From Bradymonadia bacterium (GTDB taxonomy: Bacteria > Myxococcota_A > Bradymonadia > UBA7976 > UBA1532), in contig JBKAGE010000007.1 of the NCBI GenBank assembly GCA_046290225.1, positions 1 to 64,000 of the forward strand: a stretch of 64,000 nt of DNA, in the 5' to 3' direction. Every line of letters begins with the position of its first letter. Within the stretch, counting starts at the first letter, position 1. The translations under genes were made by a program, and so were the position numbers. This document shows positions 8,736 to 16,329 of this stretch, in pieces. The notes below the pieces were generated by a model that worked only from the letters and a program-made list of their open reading frames with translations, was not told where the DNA came from and searched no databases.

Positions 8736-9515
8736 ATGATCCGCGTCGTCAAAGCCCTCTGGACCACCTCGCTGCTCACGGGGATGCAATACCGAAGCGA
8801 CTTCATCTTCGGCCTGGCCATGACCGTGGCCTGGGGCGCGTGGAGCGTGATCCCGCTGTTCCTGGTCTTCGAGCACACCTCGGCCATCGAGGGCTGGACC
8901 TATCCCGAGGCGATGCTGGTGATGTCGTTCTTTCTCGCCCTGCGTGGGCTCGTCGACGGGTTCATCGAGCCCAACCTGCATCGTCTGGTGCTGCAGATCA
9001 GAGAGGGCACCCTCGACTTCGTGCTGCTCAAACCCGCCGATGCTCAGCTGCTGGTGAGCGTTCAACGGGTGGTGCCCGGGCGCCTCGCCGATCTGCTCGG
9101 CGCCATCGCCCTGGGCATCTGGAGCCTGCGCGCCATCGACCACCAGCCCACGGCAGGTGAGCTCTTCGGGGCGCTGGTGTGCCTGATCTCCGGGGTGCTG
9201 ATTCTGTACAGCCTCTGGTTGATGGCGGCGAGCACGGCCTTCTGGTGGGTGCGGGTGGACAGCCTGAGCCACCTGCTCGGCGCCATCCTCGACGCCGGTC
9301 GCTGGCCGATCTCGGTGTATCGCGGCTGGCTCAAAGCGGCCTTCACCTTCGTCCTGCCGGTGGCTCTCATGACCAGCTACCCCGCCATGGCCCTCAGGGG
9401 GGCCCTCACGGTGGAGCAGGTGGCCCTCGCCGGCGGCCTCGGCGTCGGTTTTGCGCTGTTGAGCAGACGACTCTGGCGGTTTGCTCTGAGCCACTACACG
9501 TCGGCGAGCAGCTGA
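8736..9515 (+). CDS. ABC-2 type (DUF990-like) transporter permease
   Basis: QYRSDF, GWTYPE, IREGTLDFVLLKPAD, WPISVY, TFVLPVA..T.YPA, YTSASS. Start placed at ATG 8736 within ORF 8631..9515. Confidence 0.85.
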   Translation: MIRVVKALWTTSLLTGMQYRSDFIFGLAMTVAWGAWSVIPLFLVFEHTSAIEGWTYPEAMLVMSFFLALRGLVDGFIEPNLHRLVLQIREGTLDFVLLKPADAQLLVSVQRVVPGRLADLLGAIALGIWSLRAIDHQPTAGELFGALVCLISGVLILYSLWLMAASTAFWWVRVDSLSHLLGAILDAGRWPISVYRGWLKAAFTFVLPVALMTSYPAMALRGALTVEQVALAGGLGVGFALLSRRLWRFALSHYTSASS

Positions 9516-9517
9516 TG

Positions 9518-9930
9518 CTGAGCGGACGGCCGTGCTTGGGCACCGCCTGTAGCGGACGGTCATCGCCTGGCGGCGACAGCCTGTAGCGGACGCCTCGCCT
9601 TTGGCGAGAGCTGTAGCGGACGCTCATTTGCCTTCGGCAAATTCCCTGTAGCTTTTTTGAAGATCAGTTGAGGGGGGCGTGTGTGGATTCATCTACCGCA
9701 GACGCTGTTGGCCCCTGACGCACCACTTTCGGCGTAAGCCCCTACCTGGATTGAGAAACCCAGCAGGCACACCAAAAGTCTCTAAAAAAGCTACAGCACA
9801 GGCTGCCGGAGGCAGACTCGGCGTCCGCTACAGCTCTGGGCCAGCGCAGCTGGTTCAGGCGTCCGCTACAGGCGGTGCGCAGCACGGCCGTCCGCTACAG
9901 GCGGTGCCCAAGCACGGCCGTCCGCCACAG
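9518..9930. repeat. Mirror-symmetric array of CTGTAGCGGACG (GTAG-type REP-like) units with hairpin spacers
   Basis: Forward units at 9518 (degenerate), 9547, 9581, 9611, 9646 (partial). Inverted units at 9790 (partial), 9822, 9860, 9889, 9919. Perfect 38-bp inverted repeat 9522-9559/9888-9925. Confidence 0.88.
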
Positions 9931-10013
9931 GTACGTTTTACACCTCCACGGCCCTTCGTGTTTAATCGATCCACCGCGGAGAGGTGGAAGAGCTCAGGAG
10001 AGGTGGAGGCTCA

Positions 10014-11684
10014 ATGAACGCGCAGATGATGGATGCGCAGAGTGGGGACATGCGCATCCTCGTAGTCGACGACGAGCCACAGGTCCGAGATCTGTGGCAG
10101 AGCATTCTCGAACGTGCCGACGAGCACTATCAAGTCGAGGTGGCCCAGGACGGCCACGAGGCCATCGCCCGGTTACAGAAGTCATCGTACGATCTGGTCA
10201 TCACCGACATCTACATGGGCACGGGCATCAACGGCTATCAGCTGCTCGAGCACATCAAGCAACACTACGACTACACCGCAGTCTTGTTGATGACCAACCG
10301 CCCCGATCACGAGGGGGTGGTGAGCGCGATCCGCAATGGCGCTGCGGGGTACCTGCTCAAGAGCGACTTTGACGCACGCAAGGGCGTCGCCAAGGTGCGT
10401 GAAGTCGGCGCTGAGATCCAGAGCCGTCGGAACATCGCCCGCCTCGGCGAGCTGGGCATCGACACGATGTTGTTCCGCAGCAAGAACGCCAAAATGCAGA
10501 ACCTGCTGCAGCGGCTGCCCAACTTCGCCCGCTCTCCGGAGACCTTGTTGCTCATCGGCGAGTCGGGGGTGGGCAAGAGCAGCTTCGCCGAGGCGATCCA
10601 CAAGTTCAGCGCCCGCGACGAAGGCCCCATCGTCAAGGTGAACTGTGGTGCCATTGCCGAGGACCTGCTCGCCTCGGAGCTCTTCGGCGTGGCCAAGGGC
10701 GCTTTCACGGGGGCCACCACAGCGAAGAAGGGCTACTTCGAGACAGCCAGCACCGGCACGCTGTTCCTCGACGAGCTCAACAGCACCAGCCTCAAAATTC
10801 AGACCGCTCTGCTCGGGGTGTTGTCCACCTCGAGCATCATCCGGGTGGGCACCGCCAAAGAGATCCCCATCGACGTGCGGGTGATCTGCGCCACCAACTC
10901 CGATCTCAAGCAGGAGATCGCCGCGAGCCGGTTCCGCCTCGACCTGTACTATCGCATCTCCACCTTCACCCTCGAGATTCCTGCCCTCAAAGATCGCCCG
11001 GAGGACATCCGCGATCTCGCGCACTACTTCCTGAGTCGCCAGCACAAGACCCGCGAGGATCTCCCCGCGGTGGACTTCAGCGACGAGTTCATGGAGATGC
11101 TGCACGCATATCACTGGCCGGGGAACATCCGGGAGCTGGAGAGCACCATCAAGTACTCGGCTCAGCTCTGCCAGCAGTCCACCATCCAGCCCGCTCACCT
11201 GCACCCTGATCTCAGGGCACACTTCGACGAGCGCTATGTGGCCGTGCCCGAGCCAGAGCCCATCCCGCCGCCGACCCCTTTTCCCGATGATGACGACGAT
11301 CCGGGCTCAGTGATGGACTACGACACGGTCCACCCTGGCTGGCCGGCGGCCAATGCTCGCCAGGTCAGAGCCGACAAGCGCCTCGAAGGCGGGCTGCCAC
11401 CAGAGCCGGTTCGGGATCTGCCCTTCGACAATGAGCCTGAGGCCCCTGAAGAGCCTCAGGCTATCCCGGCGATCTGGCCCGAGGGTTTCAGCCTCGAGCA
11501 GCTGGTCGACACGCAGCTGTCGTACGCTGAGGCCATGGAGTACGCGATCCCCATCATCCGTCGAGCCTACCTGCAGGCAGTGAAAGCGTCTTTCGACACC
11601 CAGACCGCGGCGGCCAAACACGCAGGCGTGCACCGGGCCAACTTCCGCCGGCTGGTGCGCACCTTCGTCGAAGGGGATCGCTGA
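10014..11684 (+). CDS. Sigma54-dependent response regulator (NtrC-family enhancer-binding protein)
   Basis: REC domain, Walker A GESGVGKS, ELFG..KGAFTGA, LFLDE, FRLDLYYRI, WPGNIREL, C-terminal Fis-like HTH. GGAGG before ATG 10014. Confidence 0.93.
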   Translation: MNAQMMDAQSGDMRILVVDDEPQVRDLWQSILERADEHYQVEVAQDGHEAIARLQKSSYDLVITDIYMGTGINGYQLLEHIKQHYDYTAVLLMTNRPDHEGVVSAIRNGAAGYLLKSDFDARKGVAKVREVGAEIQSRRNIARLGELGIDTMLFRSKNAKMQNLLQRLPNFARSPETLLLIGESGVGKSSFAEAIHKFSARDEGPIVKVNCGAIAEDLLASELFGVAKGAFTGATTAKKGYFETASTGTLFLDELNSTSLKIQTALLGVLSTSSIIRVGTAKEIPIDVRVICATNSDLKQEIAASRFRLDLYYRISTFTLEIPALKDRPEDIRDLAHYFLSRQHKTREDLPAVDFSDEFMEMLHAYHWPGNIRELESTIKYSAQLCQQSTIQPAHLHPDLRAHFDERYVAVPEPEPIPPPTPFPDDDDDPGSVMDYDTVHPGWPAANARQVRADKRLEGGLPPEPVRDLPFDNEPEAPEEPQAIPAIWPEGFSLEQLVDTQLSYAEAMEYAIPIIRRAYLQAVKASFDTQTAAAKHAGVHRANFRRLVRTFVEGDR

Positions 11685-11705
11685 GAGCCCCTCAGGATCA
11701 TCTCT

Positions 11706-12806
11706 TCAGGGGGTCTCGTCCGGGCAGGGCTGTAGGAAGGGCAGGCCGAGGTTGACGATCGGCTCGTCAACGGGGAACTCGGCGCCGGTGAAGATGCTGC
11801 CTTCCACAGAAGCGCCAAAGGGCTCGATCACGCTGCCCGTGAGATCACCACAGAAACCGTTGGGATTGCAGCTGCGGGCCTCGAAGCTCATCTCTTCGAT
11901 GAAGAGATCTGTGCCACCAAAGACATCAGGCACGAACTCTGGGGGCAGGTACCAGTCCCGGGCGGTGAAGATGAGCGCGCCATCCCACCTGAGCTCCAGC
12001 TCGGTGTCGGTCGTGAAATCGAAGAGCAACTCGCCGCTCTGATTGTCCACGGGCACCAGGGTGAGGAAGGCCGGACGGTCCTCTTCGAGGAAGGCCGCCA
12101 TGTAGAACGGGACGCCCGGCAACAGGCTGAAGGTCACCGAGAGGATGTAGGCCCGCCTGAACATTCGGCCATCGAGCCCACACACCGAGGGGAAACCCCC
12201 TGGCACGTTGGGCGACGGGAAGTACGCCCCACTGCAGGCGAAGTCGAAGTCGGAGCTGACATTGGTGAGGGTGAGCAGCGTGCCCGAGCAATCGTCCGGG
12301 TTGACCAGGGCGGCCAGAGCCGGGTTTTGCTCGCACAAAGGCAAGCACTCTGCATTGAGTTGCCCTGCCCGAGCCTGATCATAGACCCCACTGCACAGCT
12401 CGGGATCATTGAGGGCGCAGAAGGTGAGGGTCTCGCAGGCTTCGACACAATTGGCCGAGAACCCTGGATCTCCCCCACCGACGGCTCCAGCATCGGGCTC
12501 ATTGGGGACGACGACGTCCGGAGGGGGCGCGCCACCGTCCACTCGGGCCACGGGCGGCTCGTCTCCCGTCATGCCACCAGTGCCCCCGAGCCCACCATTC
12601 CCTGGAGGCTGATCACCCGGTGTCGGTGAGCCGCGGCCGCCGTCGACAGCGCTCTCCGGCAGGCAACGGCCATCTTCGGTGCACACCGCCCCCTCGTAGC
12701 AGTCTTCGTTCACCTCGCAAATGGGGCTGTCGTCGGTGCACCCGAAAGCCAGAAACCCCGCCAGAACCCAAGCCCTTTGGCGCCACAACCTATCGCTCAT
12801 CTTCAC
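11706..12806 (-). CDS. Cys-rich hypothetical lipoprotein
   Basis: Lipobox AFGC, EGF-like CEVNEDCYEGAVC...C, Gly/Pro linker, further Cys cluster. Confidence 0.72.
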   Translation of the reverse strand: MKMSDRLWRQRAWVLAGFLAFGCTDDSPICEVNEDCYEGAVCTEDGRCLPESAVDGGRGSPTPGDQPPGNGGLGGTGGMTGDEPPVARVDGGAPPPDVVVPNEPDAGAVGGGDPGFSANCVEACETLTFCALNDPELCSGVYDQARAGQLNAECLPLCEQNPALAALVNPDDCSGTLLTLTNVSSDFDFACSGAYFPSPNVPGGFPSVCGLDGRMFRRAYILSVTFSLLPGVPFYMAAFLEEDRPAFLTLVPVDNQSGELLFDFTTDTELELRWDGALIFTARDWYLPPEFVPDVFGGTDLFIEEMSFEARSCNPNGFCGDLTGSVIEPFGASVEGSIFTGAEFPVDEPIVNLGLPFLQPCPDETP

Positions 12807-12974
12807 CTTTCAATCTGCCGAGAGCATAAGAGGTGTTTTATACCAAGTGCGTTTAAATCGCTGCCGACCTCACCTGGCCAGCACCGCTTTCACCGAACTT
12901 GGTATTACCCCCTTCAAAATCGACGCCCAATGGAACCATAATTCCCCACACTTCATCATCCCCGACCTCTGATC

Positions 12975-13844
12975 GTGAGCGACAACATGGCCTCGACTTC
13001 CCCGAGCGATCCTTTCAACACCCCCGAGCCCGGCCCTGCCGACATCCAGAGCTGGCGTCAGGACGCCGACACCGCAGCGGCGGCCCTGAAGGCCGCAGTC
13101 TCCCAGATGGACACCTCACTCGAGGGCGTCCGCAATGGTCTGCCGGTGAACGCCGTCGATGTTCAGGCCTCGGTCCAGGTGGCGATGGAGCGCGGTGAGG
13201 CTCTGCGCAGGCATCTGTCGCTGTCGGGCGTCGATCCGTTGCCGGAGTGGTCCAGCGTCGATGATTTGCCTGCCACGGTCGATTTGCTGCACGAGACCCT
13301 CGTGGCCCGTCGGCGCACCCTGCGCCGCAGCCGCCTGATGGCTCTCAAGAGCACCCTGACCAGCGGCTCGGTCACCCACCGCTTGCAGCGCCGCCGCAAC
13401 CAGCTCGACGGGCTGCGGATCAAGGCAGTCGCCGAGCTCGAGGCCCTCGCGGGCCAGGAGACTCCGCCCACCCTGCCGGGCTCCATCGCTGGCGACGCGT
13501 GGTTGTCCTGGGCCTGGCAGCTGAGCCCTGAGCAGATGGACCAGCTCCTCGATCACCTCGAGGCGCAGTTCACCGCCCTCATCGCCTTCCTCGAGCAGGT
13601 GGAGCCCGACTTCTGGGGGGGTGATCTCCCCGCCGCCGAGGCGCTGCCCCAGCAGGACAGCCCCGCCATCGAGGTGGACGTCGAGCAGATCATCGACGAG
13701 GACGACGAGATCCTCGAAGAGGGCCCCGACGGCCTGCACCTCGTCGACGCCACCCGCGCCGAGGCCGCCGAGGCCGCCCCGCCTCAGCTGGTGCCCAGCG
13801 GCACCCTGCCTCCCCTGCCCCAGGTCGACGTCGACCGGAAGTAA
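12975..13844 (+). CDS. Hypothetical protein (helical, acidic C-terminus)
   Basis: 289 aa ORF with high GC3 codon usage, ending 15 bp before nrtR. The start could be ATG 12987. Confidence 0.7.
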   Translation: MSDNMASTSPSDPFNTPEPGPADIQSWRQDADTAAAALKAAVSQMDTSLEGVRNGLPVNAVDVQASVQVAMERGEALRRHLSLSGVDPLPEWSSVDDLPATVDLLHETLVARRRTLRRSRLMALKSTLTSGSVTHRLQRRRNQLDGLRIKAVAELEALAGQETPPTLPGSIAGDAWLSWAWQLSPEQMDQLLDHLEAQFTALIAFLEQVEPDFWGGDLPAAEALPQQDSPAIEVDVEQIIDEDDEILEEGPDGLHLVDATRAEAAEAAPPQLVPSGTLPPLPQVDVDRK

Positions 13845-13859
13845 ACGCGGCCACGTCAC

Positions 13860-14549
13860 ATGCCCTACACCTATGAGTACCCCCGAGCGGCCCTCGCCGT
13901 AGACTGTGTGGTCTTCGGCCTCGACGCTGCCGGCTTGCAAGTGTTGTTGATCGAGCGCGGCCTCGAGCCCTTCAAGGGCCAGTGGGCGCTGCCAGGGGGC
14001 TTCGTCCGTCTCGACGAGACCCTCGATGAGGCCGCCCGTCGTGAGCTCGAAGAAGAGACCGGCGTCAAGGCGGTCTACCTCGAGCAGCTCTATTCGTTCA
14101 GCGGCATCGAGCGCGATCCTCGGGAGCGCGTGATCAGCGTGGCATACTACGCCCTGGTCAAGCTCTCGGATCACGCAGTGCACGCCGCCACAGACGCCAA
14201 CGACGCCCAGTGGTTCGCCGCCAGCGAGCTGCCCGATCTGGCCTTCGATCATGACCGGATCATCGACACCGCCCTCACCCGTCTGCGCGGCAAGGTGCGA
14301 TATCAACCCGTGGGCTTCGACCTGCTGCCCACGAAGTTCACGCTGACCGAGCTGCAACGCCTGTACGAGATCATCCTCGGCCGGGAGCTGGACAAGCGTA
14401 ACTTCCGAAAGAAGATCAACAGCATGAACCTGCTCGAAGCCCTCGACGAGCATCAACGTGGCGTGGCCCACCGCGCCGCGCGGCTCTATCGCTTTGACCG
14501 CGCCCGCTACGACGAGCTCGTGGAGCGCGGGTTCAACTTCGAGATCTGA
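13860..14549 (+). CDS. nrtR: NrtR-family Nudix + winged-HTH regulator of NAD metabolism
   Basis: [14 protein letters not shown], Nudix box G-x5-E-x7-[20 protein letters not shown], then [27 protein letters not shown]. Confidence 0.92.
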   Translation: MPYTYEYPRAALAVDCVVFGLDAAGLQVLLIERGLEPFKGQWALPGGFVRLDETLDEAARRELEEETGVKAVYLEQLYSFSGIERDPRERVISVAYYALVKLSDHAVHAATDANDAQWFAASELPDLAFDHDRIIDTALTRLRGKVRYQPVGFDLLPTKFTLTELQRLYEIILGRELDKRNFRKKINSMNLLEALDEHQRGVAHRAARLYRFDRARYDELVERGFNFEI

Positions 14550-14617
14550 TCGTCTACCCCCCATGAACTGCTCATACGACGATGGCCGCGGGCCCGTCAT
14601 TTGATCTCCGCCCTCAA

Positions 14618-14638
14618 TAAGTGTAAAAACCACACCAT
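14618..14638. promoter_or_regulatory. Candidate NrtR operator upstream of pncA
   Basis: TAAGTGTAAAAACCACACCAT, a 21-bp imperfect palindrome with a GT-N7-AC core, in the only AT-rich patch between nrtR and pncA. Confidence 0.6.
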
Positions 14639-14658
14639 CATAATTTTCGGAGGCTTCG

Positions 14659-15288
14659 ATGTCCCGTGCACTCATCCTCGTGGATCTGCAACACGACTTC
14701 CTCCCTGGTGGCGCCCTGGCGGTGCCTGATGGTGACGCGGTATTGCCAGTGGCTCGCGCGGTGATGCCCGCCTTCGAACACGTGGTGGCCACCCAGGACT
14801 GGCACCCTGCTGATCATGGCAGCTTCGCGAGCCGGAACCCTGGGGCATCTCCTGGAGAGATGGGCGAGCTGGCGGGCCTGCCACAAGTGATGTGGCCCGA
14901 TCACTGTGTGCAGGAGACTCGGGGCGCCGAGTTCGCTCTGGAGCTGCCCGAGCACGTGAAGGTCTTTCAAAAGGGCACTGACACCTCGGTGGACTCGTAC
15001 AGCGGGTTCTTCGACAACGATCGCCGGACCGATACGGGCCTCGGCGAATACCTGAAGGCCTTGGGCATCACCTCTGTGTACGTGATGGGCCTGGCGACGG
15101 ATTACTGCGTGCGTTTCACCGCGCTCGATGCCCGCAGTCTGGGCTTCGAGACGTTCTTGATCACGGATGGCTGTCGTGGGGTGGAGCTCAACACTGGTGA
15201 TTGCGCCAAAGCCCTCGAGCAAATGGCTGAGGCGGGTGTGCAGCTGATCGACAGCGCCACCCTCGAGCCCACGATGGCAGGAGGATGA
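14659..15288 (+). CDS. pncA: Nicotinamidase/pyrazinamidase
   Basis: VDLQHDF.PGGAL.V, TQDWHP..H.SF, WPDHCVQ, KG....DSYSGF, GLATDYCV. GGAGG RBS. Confidence 0.95.
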   Translation: MSRALILVDLQHDFLPGGALAVPDGDAVLPVARAVMPAFEHVVATQDWHPADHGSFASRNPGASPGEMGELAGLPQVMWPDHCVQETRGAEFALELPEHVKVFQKGTDTSVDSYSGFFDNDRRTDTGLGEYLKALGITSVYVMGLATDYCVRFTALDARSLGFETFLITDGCRGVELNTGDCAKALEQMAEAGVQLIDSATLEPTMAGG

Positions 15289-15289
15289 G

Positions 15290-15844
15290 ATGTCTGATCT
15301 CGATGCCCGTCAGATGAAGCGGGTGAGCAAATTCATCAGCCTCCTGCTCCGTCATCAGCCACAACTGGCGGGCCTGAGTCCTGATCGAGCGGGTTGGGTG
15401 CCCGTGGATGGGCTGCTCGAGGGCATGCACCGCAAGGGCACTTCGATCGATCGCGCCCTCCTGGACGAGATCGTGCGCACTGACGAGAAAGGGCGCTACT
15501 CGTTCACGGCTGATGGCACCCGTATCCGGGCGAACCAGGGGCACTCGATCGATGTCGATCTGGGCTACGACACGGTGGAGCCACCCCCGGTGCTGTATCA
15601 CGGTACGTCGACGCGCAACCTCGACGCGATCAAGGCCCAAGGCCTCAAGCGCATGAATCGCCACCATGTGCACCTCTCTGCAGAGCAGGTGACGGCACGC
15701 ACGGTGGGTGGCCGCCACGGGAAGCCGGTGGTGCTGCACGTGGACGCCGCGCGTATGCACGGGGAGGGCTGGCTGTTTCAAGTCTCGGAGAATGGGGTCT
15801 GGCTGGTGGACTTTGTGCCGGCTGAGTATCTCTCCGAGGGGTGA
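15290..15844 (+). CDS. kptA: RNA 2'-phosphotransferase (Tpt1/KptA)
   Basis: SKFISLLLRH, GWV, EKGRY, IRANQGHS, LYHGT, RHHVHLS, NGVWL. 1 bp after the pncA stop. Confidence 0.95.
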   Translation: MSDLDARQMKRVSKFISLLLRHQPQLAGLSPDRAGWVPVDGLLEGMHRKGTSIDRALLDEIVRTDEKGRYSFTADGTRIRANQGHSIDVDLGYDTVEPPPVLYHGTSTRNLDAIKAQGLKRMNRHHVHLSAEQVTARTVGGRHGKPVVLHVDAARMHGEGWLFQVSENGVWLVDFVPAEYLSEG

Positions 15845-15875
15845 AGAGAGTTTTTCGGGCACGGGCACGGGCACG
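15845..15875. repeat. Dispersed (GGGCAC)n repeat, copy 2
   Basis: AGAGAGTTTTTCGGGCACGGGCACGG is the reverse complement of 74-99; one additional GGCAC unit follows. Confidence 0.75.
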
Positions 15876-15920
15876 AGTTTTACGGATGTGGACTCCACGG
15901 GTTTGGGGCTGGTGGTGTCT

Positions 15921-16305
15921 TGGAGCTGTGGGGTGGCGGCTGCTTCGCCGCATGTCGTGGCTACATCAGAGCGGCGATGGCACGCATCAGGCCGGCGCTT
16001 CCGTCCTCGACGTGGCCTCCGGCCACGCCTGCGGGTGAATCACCACCCTGCTACGCACCCTCCCCACTCTGACGTTGCGTACCAGCGATTCAGGCAGCAG
16101 CCCGAAAAACCAGCAACCCAGCTCCACAAACCTGGAACGAACGTATGCATCTGCCCGCGGAGGGGCGGAGGCCACGTGAGTGGCCGCCAGCGTCGTGAGG
16201 CGTGGTGGCTGGGTGGTGATTCACCCGCAGGCGATGCTGGAAGCATCGTCGAGGAGGGAAGCGCCGCCCAGGCGCCGCGGATCGCGACGCTGGCGGCCGC
16301 TCACG
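15921..16305. repeat. Two oppositely oriented structured repeat units, each with a TCCTCGACG-hairpin-CGCCTGCGGG core
   Basis: 56-bp inverted arms 15993-16048/16211-16266, differing mainly in the internal hairpin stems. Second inverted repeat 16175-16198/16282-16305 (22/24). Confidence 0.82.
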
Positions 16306-16329
16306 GGGCCGGAGCCCCGGAGCCACCCC

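Noticed and set aside
9518..9930. CRISPR array
   Set aside because: The repeats are only 12 bp, the spacers are 17-26 nt and self-palindromic, the orientation flips midway, and there are no cas genes in the window.
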